Source: an uncultured Acidimicrobiaceae bacterium (GTDB lineage: Bacteria > Actinomycetota > Acidimicrobiia > Acidimicrobiales > Ilumatobacteraceae). Taken from it: a stretch of DNA of 64,000 nt. Positions within the stretch are counted from its first letter, which is position 1. Every line of letters begins with the position of its first letter. The position numbers were made by a program, and so were the translations under genes. The notes under the pieces were generated by a model. That model was not told the origin of the DNA. It made no database searches and saw only the letters and a program-made list of their open reading frames with translations. This document shows positions 38,090 through 50,735 of this stretch, piece after piece. The stretch spans positions 6,021-70,020 of the forward strand of contig CALCBR010000043.1 in assembly GCA_937897105.1 (NCBI GenBank). The letters run 5' to 3'.

Positions 38090-39007
38090 TCAACCGACGA
38101 GTTCGCACCAGTGCCGGTAACGGTCGACCTTGCCCCGAACTGCGTCGCCGTAGGTCTCTGCAATAGCCCGTGTCATCGGGCCCGGGCACGGGATCTCTCT
38201 GTCATCAACAGAGTTCACCGATGACACTTCTGCAGCAGTGCCGACCACAAATGCTTCCTCAGCAATGTAGAGGTCGCTGCGCGCCAAGTTGTCCGTTCGG
38301 GCTTCAAACCCGAGATCCGCGGCAATAGTCATCACCGTGTTCTGTGTGATGCCTTCAAGGGCACCGGCAGACAGTGGCGGTGTCAGCAATGTTCCGTGGC
38401 GAGCCACAAAGAGGTTCTCACCAGAGCATTCTGCGACCAGTCCGTTCGGTGCCAACATCACGGCCTCGTCGTAACCAGCCTGAAGTGCCTCGACTTTTGC
38501 CAGCGATGAATTCACGTAGTTACCTGTGGTCTTCGCAGCAGGTGGCATCGTGTTGTGATCGTGACGAGTCCATGAAGATGTCTTCAGGCGAACGCCCTTC
38601 TCCACCGCGTCGTCACCCAGATAGGCGCCCCACGGCCAGCATGCGATCGCAACGTCAACGGTGCACGGAAGAGTGTTAAGCCCCATTTCGCCGTACCCGA
38701 GGTAGGCGATCGGTCGGATGTAACACGAATCGAGGCCCGTCGAGGCCACCGTCTCTTTTGTGGCAGTAATGAGATCGTCAACCGAATACGGCATCGGCAT
38801 GCCAAGGATTTTCGCTGAGTTATGTAACCGCTCGATGTGCTCGGTCAAGCGAAACACCGCAGGTCCGTCGGCGGTCTCATAGGCACGGATGCCCTCGAAT
38901 ACACCCATTCCGTAATGAAGCGTGTGGGTGAGGATGTGCACGTTCGCGTCTGCCCAGTCGACGAGCGAGCCGTTCATCCAGATTTTTGGTGTTGCGGTAA
39001 TGGGCAT
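38090..39007 (-). CDS. ilvE: Branched-chain amino acid aminotransferase
   Basis: PLP fold-type IV: GVFEGIRAY, and a motif in the position of EGSGENIF (ECSGENLF). Confidence 0.9.
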   Translation of the reverse strand: MPITATPKIWMNGSLVDWADANVHILTHTLHYGMGVFEGIRAYETADGPAVFRLTEHIERLHNSAKILGMPMPYSVDDLITATKETVASTGLDSCYIRPIAYLGYGEMGLNTLPCTVDVAIACWPWGAYLGDDAVEKGVRLKTSSWTRHDHNTMPPAAKTTGNYVNSSLAKVEALQAGYDEAVMLAPNGLVAECSGENLFVARHGTLLTPPLSAGALEGITQNTVMTIAADLGFEARTDNLARSDLYIAEEAFVVGTAAEVSSVNSVDDREIPCPGPMTRAIAETYGDAVRGKVDRYRHWCELVG

Positions 39008-39051
39008 TTCAGCAGTCTTTCAAACGTTGAAACTGGTATTCGATGTTTCGC

Positions 39052-40044
39052 TCAAGACGAAACGCGTGAGGCGATCATGTCACCGATCGCAACGGTTCCT
39101 TCAGTCGGAACCTCAGCGCATGCCGCTTCGATACGGCGCGCTGCGTCGGCCTCACCGAGGAAGTCGAGCATAAGAGCGGCTGAGAGAACGGCCGCTGTTG
39201 GGTTTGCGACGCCGGTTCCTGCGATGTCGGGAGCAGATCCGTGCACCGGCTCAAACATTGACGGCCCCGTCCGCGAAGGGTTGAGGTTGGCCGAAGACGC
39301 AAGGCCAATACCACCAGATACGGCACCACCCAGGTCGGTGAGAATGTCGCCAAACAGGTTGTCGGTTACAACAACGTCGTAACGATGCGGGTCCTGCACG
39401 AAGTAGATGCATGCCGCATCGACATGGTTGTACGCAGTTTCGATCTGCGGATACTCCGATGCCACCGCATCAAAGGTGCGTTCCCAGAGGTCGCCTGAAA
39501 ACGTGAGCACATTCGTTTTATGCACGAGGGTGACGTGTTTGCGCTCGCGCTGCATTGCAAGTTCAAATGCGTAACGCACGCAACGTTCAACACCGAGCCG
39601 AGTGTTCACCGATCCCTGCGTTGCCACCTCATTAGGGGTTCCCTTTCGAAGCACACCGCCTTCACCGACATATGGTCCTTCGGTGTTTTCGCGGATCACC
39701 ACGAAGTCATGCGGACGGCTGTGGCCAGGCGCAGTACCGATAAATGGGCGCTGGTTCACATAAAGGTCAAGTTCGAACCGCATCTTCAGCAACAGACCTC
39801 GCTCGATGACTCCGGGCGGAACCCGAGGGTCACCGACTGCGCCAAGAAGGATCGCATCGAAGGCACGTAATTCTTCGAGGGTTTCGTCTGAGAGAATTTC
39901 GCCATCATCGAGATATCGAGCACCACCCAACTCAAATTCGACGGTATCGATCTCAACACCTGAAGCTCGAACGACTTTCAGGGCCTCGGCGGTGACCTCC
40001 GGGCCAATGCCGTCTCCCCCAACCACTGCAATGCGATAAGCCAT
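39052..40044 (-). CDS. leuB: 3-isopropylmalate dehydrogenase
   Basis: Short actinobacterial-type LeuB: [20 protein letters not shown]. Confidence 0.9.
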   Translation of the reverse strand: MAYRIAVVGGDGIGPEVTAEALKVVRASGVEIDTVEFELGGARYLDDGEILSDETLEELRAFDAILLGAVGDPRVPPGVIERGLLLKMRFELDLYVNQRPFIGTAPGHSRPHDFVVIRENTEGPYVGEGGVLRKGTPNEVATQGSVNTRLGVERCVRYAFELAMQRERKHVTLVHKTNVLTFSGDLWERTFDAVASEYPQIETAYNHVDAACIYFVQDPHRYDVVVTDNLFGDILTDLGGAVSGGIGLASSANLNPSRTGPSMFEPVHGSAPDIAGTGVANPTAAVLSAALMLDFLGEADAARRIEAACAEVPTEGTVAIGDMIASRVSS

Positions 40045-40201
40045 ACCAGCAGGCTACGGGTCGTGAAAGCGCTTTGACCGATTTCGAAGCGTTGCGACCT
40101 TCTGCCCACCGGACGCACTTCCGAATAGCCCACGTCATTTCTGCGCCTGCACGCCTATGCACCTTCAACTGTGGACGAGAGCGTCGGTTGACTTCTGATG
40201 G

Positions 40202-40414
40202 TCAGTCGCAGAACTCCATGGGCTGAACCCACGTGATCGATCCATCGTCGTACAGAACTCCCTTAATTGGCCGTGAACCCATCTCTGGGGGCCTGCACAC
40301 CTCCTGCAAGACCTTTGGCTCCGAATCATCAACAACCGTGGTCGATCCGCCACAACCCGAAAAAAGACCGGTTGTGATAACCGAAAGAACAGCCACTGCG
40401 ACTGGGGTCCGCAT
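40202..40414 (-). CDS. Small lipoprotein, unknown function
   Basis: MRTPVAVAVLSVITTGLFSGC signal peptide with lipobox; 70 aa. Confidence 0.5.
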   Translation of the reverse strand: MRTPVAVAVLSVITTGLFSGCGGSTTVVDDSEPKVLQEVCRPPEMGSRPIKGVLYDDGSITWVQPMEFCD

Positions 40415-40526
40415 GGACCTCAGTATTCCAGATGAGCGTTCTCGCATGCGGCTCTCAAGGGTTCTTCACCGGTTCGAACCACCTCGACGCAATAACGAGC
40501 GTTCGACACTCGGGTATCGTGAGAGC

Positions 40527-40985
40527 ATGAGCGAGCAACTCTCACGAGATGCCTACGAGCGCCTCAAAGCAGAATACGAAGATCTCTCCACCCGCGGCCG
40601 CATTGAAGTCGCCGAAGAAATCGAACTGGCCCGCGCCGAGGGCGACCTCAAAGAAAACGCCGGATACCACGCTGCCAAAGACAAACAAGGACACATGGAA
40701 GGGCGCATCCGGCAACTTGAGCACCTGCTCGAAAACGCAACCGTCGTCGACGGTGCCCGGAAGGTCTTCACCATGATCTATGAGGGCGATGATGCCGACA
40801 TGGCCGAACGATTTGTCATCGGCAGCCAAGAAGAGCGAGACGGACTTCCAGCCGATATCACCATCGTCGGGCCCGGCTCCCCGCTCGGAGATGCACTCGA
40901 AGGAACATCGTCGCCCGGCCCGTTGGAATACGAGGGCCCGAACGGGATGTTACAAGTAGAGATCCTTTCCATCGACGATCTCTAG
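40527..40985 (+). CDS. greA: Transcription elongation factor GreA
   Basis: The coiled-coil N-domain motif (GDLKENAGYHAAKDKQGHMEGRI) matches GreA. ATG at 40527 gives 152 aa. Confidence 0.88.
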   Translation: MSEQLSRDAYERLKAEYEDLSTRGRIEVAEEIELARAEGDLKENAGYHAAKDKQGHMEGRIRQLEHLLENATVVDGARKVFTMIYEGDDADMAERFVIGSQEERDGLPADITIVGPGSPLGDALEGTSSPGPLEYEGPNGMLQVEILSIDDL

Positions 40986-40997
40986 AACCCCCACCGG

Positions 40998-41891
40998 GTG
41001 GTGATCCCCCTGACAACTCTTGACAACGCACAAGAAGCCGAAATACCGGCTCCACCGCTGCCCCCGGCTACAACAGTCGACCTTGCAGATCTCGGCGAAC
41101 TCCAGGTTCGCCATGTGCAGGGCCCTGCCGGAGCACCAACCGTCGCACTGATGCACGGGTGGACCGCAAGCGCCGACATCAATTACTTCACGGCCTACGA
41201 GATGCTCTCCCAGCATTTCTCGGTGCTTGCCTTCGACCAACGAGGGCACGGAACTGGTCTCCGCACGAAAAAGTCGTTCCGTCTCGAAGACTGCGCCGAT
41301 GATGTCATCCGCGTCGCCGATGCGCTCGGCATCGACGAACTCATCGGGGTCGGGTACTCAATGGGTGGCACGATCGCTCAACTGTTATGGAAACAACACC
41401 CCACCCGAGTCAACGGGCTCGTCTTATGCGCAACCGCTCCGTACTTTTCGGAACGACGAGAAGAACGCCTGAGCTTCATGGGGCTCAATGGCCTCGCAAC
41501 CCTCGCTCGACTCACCCCCGGCCAAGCCCGCGACTGGTTTAGCGAGCAGTTCTATCTACAACGCAAATCAGAATCGTGGGGGCCATGGGCGGTTGCCCAG
41601 GCTGCTCAACACGATTGGCGCATGGTGCTCGAGGCTGGGCACGCGGTTGGACAATTCTCATCTCTCGAATGGGCACACACAGTTGATGTTCCGACTGCAG
41701 TCATCGTCACGCTTGATGATCCAGTCGTTCCAAAGTCGCGTCAGATCAAGTTGCTTGAACTCATCCCTCAAGCCGAGGTGTTCCGAGTGAAGGGTGAGCA
41801 CGATGCCATCGTCGCTCATGCTGACCGGTTTGTCCCGACACTCGTTCGAGCCATCGACAACGTGGCACAACGTTCGAACAACACACCATGA
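40998..41891 (+). CDS. Alpha/beta hydrolase
   Basis: GTG start; HG oxyanion motif (MHGWTA) and nucleophile elbow GYSMGG. Confidence 0.75.
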   Translation: MVIPLTTLDNAQEAEIPAPPLPPATTVDLADLGELQVRHVQGPAGAPTVALMHGWTASADINYFTAYEMLSQHFSVLAFDQRGHGTGLRTKKSFRLEDCADDVIRVADALGIDELIGVGYSMGGTIAQLLWKQHPTRVNGLVLCATAPYFSERREERLSFMGLNGLATLARLTPGQARDWFSEQFYLQRKSESWGPWAVAQAAQHDWRMVLEAGHAVGQFSSLEWAHTVDVPTAVIVTLDDPVVPKSRQIKLLELIPQAEVFRVKGEHDAIVAHADRFVPTLVRAIDNVAQRSNNTP

Positions 41892-43288
41892 GTCGCCCAT
41901 CGGGGCCCAACAGCACGAAGTGGGTCGGTCGCTCTGCCCGCGTTGCGCGCTTAGGGGCGAAAGTTGGAGTCACTCACCTTGGCACCGCAGCGCGAAAGGT
42001 GTTTGCTGACGCAGAGCGCCGCTCAGAACTCGACACCAAAAAGCAGATCGCAACCGCCCAGCACGTCACCGAAGAACTCGGCCAGATGAAGGGCGCCCTG
42101 ATGAAACTGGGCCAGATGGCGTCGTACCTCGACGATGCCTTGCCCGAGCCCCTCAGAGCTGCTCTTGCGACGCTGCAAAATAGTGCGCCTCCGATGAGTG
42201 CTGAACTTGCAAGTGCAGTGATTGCAGAAGAACTCGGCGCTGCTCCCGATCAACTGTTCGCTGAGTGGGACCCCACACCCATCGCTGCTGCGTCAATCGG
42301 GCAAGTACACCGCGCCATCATCATCGACAAAGCGACCGGCGAAGAACGTGCGGTCGCAGTCAAAGTGCAGTACCCCGGAGTTGACACAGCCATCGCCGCT
42401 GACCTCAAGAACGCCAACATTCTCGGCACCATCTTGAAGCAAGGGTTCGGCGGCCTCGATCCAGCCGACATGGTGGAAGAAATCAAAGACCGGCTCACCG
42501 AAGAACTCGATTACCGCCGTGAAGCGGCCAACCAACAGCGCTTTGCCGACTTCTACCGAGGACACCCGACCATCTCAATTCCCGACGTCGTGCCAGAGTT
42601 CTCCTCAGGTCGGGTCCTCACAACCGAACTCATCAGCGGCCATACGTGGAGCGAAGTGCTCGACTGGGATCAAGACGAGCGCGATGCGATCGCCGAAACG
42701 ATGTTCCGGTTTGTGTTTCGCAGCCTTTACCGGCTGCGCTCATTCAATGGCGACCCCCACCCTGGGAACTACATCTTTCACCGTGACGGCAAGGTCACCT
42801 TCCTAGATTTCGGACTCGTCAAAGACTTCACCGTCGATGAAATGGCGACCTTCGAAACGATGGTGCGCCTCGCCGCCGTCGAACACGATGTCCCGGGTTT
42901 CCGCACCATCCTTGAAGGTGCCGGCATGCTGCAACCTGACGCCCCGGTCGACACCGCTGATGTCGGCACCTATTTCTCTCGGTTCTACGAACCGATTTCG
43001 CGGCATCGCGACATCACGTGGACACCCGAATACGCCTCGGGCATTGTGCGCCATACATTTGACCGCTCTAGCCCTATCTCGCAATATGCGTCAGTTCCCC
43101 GAGCATTCGTCTTTATCCAGCGCATCAACCTCGGTCTCTATGCACTTCTCGGCGATCTGAACGCCACCGGCAACTATCGAGCGATCGCTGAAGAGCTATG
43201 GCCATTCATGCAGTCACCTCCGAGCACACCGTTGGGTGAGGCCGAGGCGGAGTGGCTAAAAACCAACGCCGCGAACACAAAGTCGTAG
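41888..43288 (+). CDS. ABC1/UbiB-family atypical kinase
   Basis: AAASIGQVHRA and the KVQYPGV motif of the ABC1 family. 4-bp overlap with the upstream hydrolase. Confidence 0.8.
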   Translation: MSRPSGPNSTKWVGRSARVARLGAKVGVTHLGTAARKVFADAERRSELDTKKQIATAQHVTEELGQMKGALMKLGQMASYLDDALPEPLRAALATLQNSAPPMSAELASAVIAEELGAAPDQLFAEWDPTPIAAASIGQVHRAIIIDKATGEERAVAVKVQYPGVDTAIAADLKNANILGTILKQGFGGLDPADMVEEIKDRLTEELDYRREAANQQRFADFYRGHPTISIPDVVPEFSSGRVLTTELISGHTWSEVLDWDQDERDAIAETMFRFVFRSLYRLRSFNGDPHPGNYIFHRDGKVTFLDFGLVKDFTVDEMATFETMVRLAAVEHDVPGFRTILEGAGMLQPDAPVDTADVGTYFSRFYEPISRHRDITWTPEYASGIVRHTFDRSSPISQYASVPRAFVFIQRINLGLYALLGDLNATGNYRAIAEELWPFMQSPPSTPLGEAEAEWLKTNAANTKS

Positions 43289-43311
43289 TCATCGCCGGTA
43301 CGGTCGATCTC

Positions 43312-44220
43312 ATGGTTGCACCCCTTCGCCACATGTCGGTGGCCATTACCGCACTCGTCACACTCGCTGCCTGCGGAGGCTCTGACTCACCTGACACCGC
43401 TCCCGATACCGACGTGACCGAAGTGTCACTCGAACCAATTCAAGCGACGACAACCACCGAAGCCGTTTCGGTCGAGCGTCCCGAGGTTCTCCCACCAGAC
43501 AGCACTCCGACAGAACTCATCATCACCGACATCACCGACGGAACTGGACGTTCGATTGCCGAAGGCGACACGGTGTGGGTCGACTACACCGGTATCCGCT
43601 CAGAGAATGGAGTCGAATTCGACAACAGTTATGACCGCGGGCAACCAATCGCATTCACCGTCGGCGTCGGTTCGGTCATCAATGGCTGGGACGAGGGCCT
43701 CATCGGTGCGAAAGCCGGCGGCCAACGCAGGCTCGACATTCCAGCTGACATGGCCTATGGAGATACTCCGCCGGGAGGCGTGATCGAAGCCGGTGATGCC
43801 CTTACCTTCATGTTGGAGGTTCGAGCGGTTGTTGCCACGACGACGCCTAATGACATCCCCGAGATTGACACCGCCGACTACCCCTCAACTTCCGATCTTG
43901 AAGTCGTTGATCTCTCGATTGGCGACGGCGCAAAGATCGCCGTCGGTGACAGCGCGATCGTTCACCTCATGATCGCCAACGCAGAGTCTGGCGAGGTGAT
44001 CTTCGAGACATGGTCCGAAGGTCAGCCAACACTCATCGAAGTTATTGAGGGCTATTCCATCGCCGGGCTCTTCGAAGGAATTCAAGGCATGGCGGTGGGG
44101 GGTATTCGAGCGATGTCGGTGCCCTCTGATCTTGCGTTCGGCGATGAGGGCATTCCCGAACTTAATCTTGATGGCGGAACACCGATTCTTCTCGTCGTCG
44201 AACTCGCTGGTGCGTACTGA
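43312..44220 (+). CDS. Lipoprotein with two FKBP-type peptidyl-prolyl isomerase domains
   Basis: Lipobox LAAC; FKBP motifs (VDYTG...FDNSYDRGQP.AF.VG.G.VI.GWDEGL.G...GG.R.L.IP...AYG). The start could instead be 43333. Confidence 0.78.
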   Translation: MVAPLRHMSVAITALVTLAACGGSDSPDTAPDTDVTEVSLEPIQATTTTEAVSVERPEVLPPDSTPTELIITDITDGTGRSIAEGDTVWVDYTGIRSENGVEFDNSYDRGQPIAFTVGVGSVINGWDEGLIGAKAGGQRRLDIPADMAYGDTPPGGVIEAGDALTFMLEVRAVVATTTPNDIPEIDTADYPSTSDLEVVDLSIGDGAKIAVGDSAIVHLMIANAESGEVIFETWSEGQPTLIEVIEGYSIAGLFEGIQGMAVGGIRAMSVPSDLAFGDEGIPELNLDGGTPILLVVELAGAY

Positions 44221-44326
44221 CCGGCCGCCGCATTGGCGAGAGAGCTATCCGGGTAGATTCAATCTGTTGAGTTGAGCGCCGGTGCGCCGCCAAGTGATTA
44301 GCAAGAAAGAACGGAAACGAATCGAC

Positions 44327-45736
44327 ATGACGACCGAACGTCCGATGACTCTGCCAGAAAAGATCTGGCAACGTCACCTCGTCACCTCAAGTCCGGGTGA
44401 GGCCGACCTGCTGTATATCGACCTCCACCTCATTCATGAGGTCACAAGCCCACAGGCCTTCGACGGTCTTCGAATGAGCGGCCGCACCGTTCGCCGGCCC
44501 GAACTCACCATTGCGACCGAAGACCACAACGTGCCAACCGAAGACATCGATCAGCCGATTGCCGACCCGATTTCTGCAAAACAGGTTGAAACACTTCGCG
44601 TCAACACCGACGAATTCGGCATCGTCAACTATCCGATGGGCAACGAAGGGCAAGGCATCGTGCATGTCATCAGCCCTGAACAAGGCCGAACACTTCCCGG
44701 GACGACGATCGTCTGCGGCGACAGCCACACCGCAACACACGGGGCGTTCGGCGCTCTCGCCTTCGGCATCGGAACGAGCGAAGTAGAGCACGTGCTCGCC
44801 ACTCAAACACTGCCGCAGAGCAGGCCGAAGTGGATGTCGGTCAGTGTTGAGGGCGAGCTGCAGCCAGGCGTAACCGCAAAAGATGTTGTGCTGGCCATCA
44901 TCGGCCACATTGGCACTGGCGGCGGCATTGGCCATGTCATCGAATATCGCGGATCGGCAATCACTTCGCTCTCAATGGAAGGCCGAATGACGGTCTGCAA
45001 TATGTCGATTGAGGCCGGGGCTAAGGCGGGTCTCATCGCCCCCGACGAGACCACCTTCAACTATCTCAAGGGACGCGATCATGCGCCGACCGGAGATGCG
45101 TGGGATGCGGCAGTTGCCGACTGGTCAACCCTTGCAACCGATGACGGAGCAGCGTGGGATAAAGAAGTTGTCATCGATGCCGCAACGATTCGCCCGCAAG
45201 TCACCTGGGGAACCAATCCGGCGCAGGTCACCTCCATCGATGGAAATGTTCCCGCTCCGGAAGATTTCGACGACCCAACGACCCAAGAAACGGTTCGCCG
45301 CTCCCTCGACTACATGGGTCTCGAACCCGGGATGTCAATGCGTGACGTCGAAGTCGACACAGTGTTCATTGGCTCATGCACCAACAGTCGCATCGAAGAT
45401 CTTCGGGCAGCAGCCGCGGTTCTCGATGGTCGTTCAGTAACGGTTCCTCGCGTGATGATCGTCCCCGGATCTCACCGGGTGAAAGCACAGGCTGAAGCCG
45501 AGGGCCTTCACGACGTCTTCACCGCAGCCGGCGCCGACTGGCGAGAGCCCGGCTGCTCAATGTGCCTTGCGATGAACCCCGACAAGCTCACACCAGGCGA
45601 ACGTTCGGCAAGCACGTCGAATCGAAACTTCGAGGGCCGCCAAGGCCGAGGAGGCCGAACCCACCTGGTATCGCCGGCGGTTGCTGCTGCGACCGCTGTT
45701 GCTGGCCGTTTCGCTCTTCCGGAGGATCTTTCATGA
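44327..45736 (+). CDS. leuC: 3-isopropylmalate dehydratase large subunit
   Basis: Aconitase-family motifs ([26 protein letters not shown]). Confidence 0.92.
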   Translation: MTTERPMTLPEKIWQRHLVTSSPGEADLLYIDLHLIHEVTSPQAFDGLRMSGRTVRRPELTIATEDHNVPTEDIDQPIADPISAKQVETLRVNTDEFGIVNYPMGNEGQGIVHVISPEQGRTLPGTTIVCGDSHTATHGAFGALAFGIGTSEVEHVLATQTLPQSRPKWMSVSVEGELQPGVTAKDVVLAIIGHIGTGGGIGHVIEYRGSAITSLSMEGRMTVCNMSIEAGAKAGLIAPDETTFNYLKGRDHAPTGDAWDAAVADWSTLATDDGAAWDKEVVIDAATIRPQVTWGTNPAQVTSIDGNVPAPEDFDDPTTQETVRRSLDYMGLEPGMSMRDVEVDTVFIGSCTNSRIEDLRAAAAVLDGRSVTVPRVMIVPGSHRVKAQAEAEGLHDVFTAAGADWREPGCSMCLAMNPDKLTPGERSASTSNRNFEGRQGRGGRTHLVSPAVAAATAVAGRFALPEDLS

Positions 45737-46320
45737 AAGCTGTACAGGTCATTACAGGAACAGGAATTCCTCTTCGCCGAAGTGACGTCGATACCGACCA
45801 GATCATTCCCGCCGAGTGGTTGAAGCGGGTGGAGCGCACCGGGTTTGAGAAAGGTCTTTTCTCAACATGGCGCGATGACCCTTCATTCGTCTTGAACGAC
45901 GAGCGTTACACCGGGGCAAACATTCTCGTTGCCGGGCCATCATTTGGTGTCGGTTCGAGCCGTGAACACGCAGTGTGGGCAATTCAGCAGGCCGGATTTG
46001 AAGCGGTTATCGCCCCGAGCTTCTCCGACATCTTCAGGAATAACTGCACGAAGAATGGTCTCGTGCCGGCAGTGCTCGATCTTGCCGATGTCGAGGCAAT
46101 CTGGAATGCGATCGAGTCTGACCCGGCCACCTCGATCGTCGTCGATATGGAGCAGCTCATCGTTGAGGTGCCAGCAGCAGGAATTTCGTCGTCGTTTCCC
46201 ATGGACCAGCCGACGCAACACCGGTTTCTGGAAGGCCTCGACGACATCGGTATCACTCTCGGCCACGCAGAAGCAATCGACGCCTACGAGTCGCAGCGCC
46301 CTGCGTGGCTGCGTGCCTAA
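45733..46320 (+). CDS. leuD: 3-isopropylmalate dehydratase small subunit
   Basis: ATGA overlap with the leuC stop, GGAGGA ribosome-binding site upstream, and a GSSREHA motif. Confidence 0.92.
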   Translation: MKAVQVITGTGIPLRRSDVDTDQIIPAEWLKRVERTGFEKGLFSTWRDDPSFVLNDERYTGANILVAGPSFGVGSSREHAVWAIQQAGFEAVIAPSFSDIFRNNCTKNGLVPAVLDLADVEAIWNAIESDPATSIVVDMEQLIVEVPAAGISSSFPMDQPTQHRFLEGLDDIGITLGHAEAIDAYESQRPAWLRA

Positions 46321-47219
46321 CAGCTCAGCGCGCCATCGACGCTGAGCCCGTCAGTGCTCACGCCCGACAACACGATGCCGTTGGGCATCTCGGCCACCGC
46401 CAACTGCTCCACAACAACCACATCTTGAGCGACCTGAAATTCACCTGACCACTGGTTTGTCGCCGAGTTGAAGAGCAGGCGAACGGCGGTGAGGCCACCG
46501 ACAGGGTGTTCGGCATCGATGATCTGCCATCTCTTCGAGGTTCCTTCACTGCTCGTCGGGCATGTCTGAGTTGACGACGCCCGGAATCCGAATCGACGAA
46601 TTCTCTGCTCATCGAAGCGATCGTCGTCAACCACACGTATCGAGAGTTCGGCGTCGGCATGTTCTTCGGCCTCGCTCGTACTCGAGGGTCCCCGACACTC
46701 AAATTCGCCTGAGATCGTCTCACCGTCATCGGTTGTACCGGTGAATGATCCTGAGGTCTCGCCATCACCCACAAACACCGTGACCGCTGCTGCGAGAGAT
46801 ACTCGACCGGGGCGGTGCACGATCAACTCCCCTTCGATCGCTCCGAGACTCTGTGGGGTATACGTGTGCGACCACAACCGCAGAAAAGACCCTGTGCGAT
46901 CGGCAGCGATGATTTCCAATGGAAACCATCCGCTTCCCTCAACCAGTGAGCAGCTTGCAATAGAGGCAAACAGACCGACCTCGTCTTCGTTGGCGACGGA
47001 GATGACATCAGCACGATCACGGTCATCGCCGGCGATCGAGATAGTCACGGCCTCAACGAGGCCAGCCGGCGGTTTGAACGGCGGAACCGTCTCAGTCGTC
47101 GTCGTTTCTGACAGAGTGCTCACTGCGCGAACGGTGGTCTCGGTCGTCGATTCTGGTGTTGGGCCACACCCAATGGCGAGAATCAGCCCGCTAGCAAGAA
47201 AAAGAGACGCCGGGCGCAC
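46317..47219 (-). CDS. Lipoprotein, unknown function
   Basis: Signal peptide with lipobox LAIGC and a Thr/Ser-rich linker. I recognise no domain. Its stop overlaps the leuD stop (CTAA). Confidence 0.55.
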   Translation of the reverse strand: MRPASLFLASGLILAIGCGPTPESTTETTVRAVSTLSETTTTETVPPFKPPAGLVEAVTISIAGDDRDRADVISVANEDEVGLFASIASCSLVEGSGWFPLEIIAADRTGSFLRLWSHTYTPQSLGAIEGELIVHRPGRVSLAAAVTVFVGDGETSGSFTGTTDDGETISGEFECRGPSSTSEAEEHADAELSIRVVDDDRFDEQRIRRFGFRASSTQTCPTSSEGTSKRWQIIDAEHPVGGLTAVRLLFNSATNQWSGEFQVAQDVVVVEQLAVAEMPNGIVLSGVSTDGLSVDGALSC

Positions 47220-47255
47220 ACGCCCACGTTAGGCGCCACCGGCGTGACCTCATGG

Positions 47256-48590
47256 TCACGAATTGTTCGTTGCCTCAGTGGTGACGTCGGCGTTAAACGA
47301 GGGAAGGTCACGTAAGCGTGCATCGTTCGAAAACACTTCGATCGGGGTGTTCGTTGGCAACCGCAGCATCCGCTGCAAGACCCGCATCTGTGTGTGCTGG
47401 TTGTATTCGACAAAGGTCACTGCCCATCCGTCGCGCCCTGCTCTTGCCGTGCGTCCAGAGCGATGGAGATAATCCTTTGCGTCTCCGGCCGGGTCGTAGT
47501 GAATTACCGCACCAATGTCATCAATATCAATGCCCCGAGCCGCAACATCGGTAGCGACGAGGACATTGAGGCGACCCTCTGCGAAACGCTGGAGGGCGCG
47601 TTCACGGGCGCCCTGAGAGAGGTCACCATGAATGGCGGCGGCGTTCACACCATCATCGATCAATGCTTTTTCGACTTTGTCACAGAGTCGTTTCGTTTGG
47701 CAGAAGACAACAACTTTCGAAATTGTTTCACTGATCGCACCTGCGACACGCGCTTTATCCATGTGGTGCACCGCAAGGAACAGGTGATGCATCGTTCCGA
47801 CAGTGTCGGTTGCCGAATCAATCGCAACTTCGATCGGGTCGCTGAGATAGTGACGAATGAGATGCCCGACGTCGCCATCAAGTGTCGCCGAGAACAGCAT
47901 CGTCTGAGAACGGCCGGTGCAATGACGGAGAATCCACTCAACCTGAGGGGTAAAGCCGTCATCGGCCATGCGGTCTGCCTCGTCAAGACACACGATCTGG
48001 ACGTCGCCGAGATCGACTTCTCCCGACTTAATGAGATCGATCAGTCGCAGAGGTGTCGCCACGACCAGCTCAACCCCACGCTGCAGGTCACGAACTTGAT
48101 GCTCGCGACTTGCTCCGCCATAGACGGGGGCGACGGTGATTCCCGCTGAGGCCGCGACGGGTTGCAGTACCTCTGCAACTTGAACCGCTAATTCACGCGT
48201 CGGAACAAGCACTAATCCGAGCGGAGCGTTTGGCCCCGCCGAACCGTTCATTCTTGACAGCATCGGAATCCCAAACGCAAGGGTCTTTCCTGAACCCGTC
48301 TTTGCTCGACCGCATACATCGCGACCCTTCATCGCTACAGGAATCGCTTCGAGCTGGATAGCGAAGGGTTCAGCAAAACCGGCCGCTGCGAGACCGATAT
48401 CGATGCGTTCTGGAACCCCGAGCTTGGCGAAGCCTGTTGGGGGTTCGACCGGTGGCAACGAGTTGGCAGTGGTCAAATTGCCTGAGCGCTGCTGCTCTTG
48501 TGCGTCTGATTGTGGGCGACGTCTCGGGGCTGAGCGTCGTCGATTGCGGTTTCCGCCACCTTGGCGGCGACCGCCTTGTTGCTCTGACAT
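47256..48590 (-). CDS. DEAD-box ATP-dependent RNA helicase
   Basis: AKTGSGKT, PTRELA, DEAD, SAT and HRSGRTARAG motifs; Arg/Gly-rich N-terminal tail. Confidence 0.9.
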   Translation of the reverse strand: MSEQQGGRRQGGGNRNRRRSAPRRRPQSDAQEQQRSGNLTTANSLPPVEPPTGFAKLGVPERIDIGLAAAGFAEPFAIQLEAIPVAMKGRDVCGRAKTGSGKTLAFGIPMLSRMNGSAGPNAPLGLVLVPTRELAVQVAEVLQPVAASAGITVAPVYGGASREHQVRDLQRGVELVVATPLRLIDLIKSGEVDLGDVQIVCLDEADRMADDGFTPQVEWILRHCTGRSQTMLFSATLDGDVGHLIRHYLSDPIEVAIDSATDTVGTMHHLFLAVHHMDKARVAGAISETISKVVVFCQTKRLCDKVEKALIDDGVNAAAIHGDLSQGARERALQRFAEGRLNVLVATDVAARGIDIDDIGAVIHYDPAGDAKDYLHRSGRTARAGRDGWAVTFVEYNQHTQMRVLQRMLRLPTNTPIEVFSNDARLRDLPSFNADVTTEATNNS

Positions 48591-48635
48591 GATGATGCAA
48601 GGCTACCTGCGCTAGGTCCCGAGGAGCGGTTGACA

Positions 48636-48664
48636 TTGCTCACGGCACCTCCTCGGGCTATCGT
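48636..48664 (+). promoter_or_regulatory. Candidate promoter for the leuA leader
   Basis: TTGCTC, 17 nt, TATCGT, 7 nt, then the GTG of the leader ORF. Same geometry as the cimA leader promoter. Confidence 0.35.
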
Positions 48665-48671
48665 TGGCGTC

Positions 48672-48709
48672 GTGGAACAGAACTTGCGCTCGCTTCTTCT
48701 CCTTATGTA

Positions 48710-48710
<1 letters not shown>
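48672..48710 (+). CDS. Candidate Leu-rich leader peptide MEQNLRSLLLLM
   Basis: GTG GAA CAG AAC TTG CGC TCG CTT CTT CTC CTT ATG TAG. Five of 12 codons are Leu, four of them consecutive. An alternative upstream TTG at 48636 after GAGGAG would give a 24-aa version with the same C-terminus. Confidence 0.55.
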
Positions 48711-50506
<1,796 letters not shown>

Positions 50507-50539
50507 TCGCCCACGACGCGCCGGAGTAGCATCGCAATC

Positions 50540-50731
50540 ATGATCGTCTCTGTTGATCGAGATTCGTGTGCCGCTACCGGTGGTTGCGCGCAGTTGGTCC
50601 CTGACGTGTTTTCGATCGGGTCTGACGGGATTGTTGAAGTGCTCGTCACCTCACCAGATGAGTCGCTGAGGGCAGTTGTACTCGACGCAGCCGACCTCTG
50701 CCCTACTGCGGCGATCGCAGTCGAAGGGTAA
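50540..50731 (+). CDS. Small single-cluster ferredoxin (3Fe-4S/4Fe-4S type)
   Basis: 63 aa, with CAATGGC...CP cluster-ligand spacing typical of actinobacterial Fdx. Confidence 0.75.
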   Translation: MIVSVDRDSCAATGGCAQLVPDVFSIGSDGIVEVLVTSPDESLRAVVLDAADLCPTAAIAVEG

Positions 50732-50735
50732 CTCC

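Noticed and set aside
40233-40526. Long N-terminal extensions offered by the ORF track: greA from 40233, VIT gene from 30306, crotonase from 13197, leuD from 45562, pyrF from 50676, the OSBS-like gene from 53851, leuC from 44282, the DUF3179 gene to 18442 and the aminotransferase to 21433.
   Set aside because: The extensions overlap neighbouring genes or are antisense to them. They are Arg/Pro-rich and absent from the known family N-termini. Internal starts with a ribosome-binding site or stop-start coupling give canonical lengths.
48630-48635. A perfect TTGACA hexamer as the -35 box of the leuA leader promoter.
   Set aside because: It lies 23 nt from the only reasonable -10 box (TATCGT at 48659-48664). 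The adjacent TTGCTC at 48636-48641 has the canonical 17-nt spacing.
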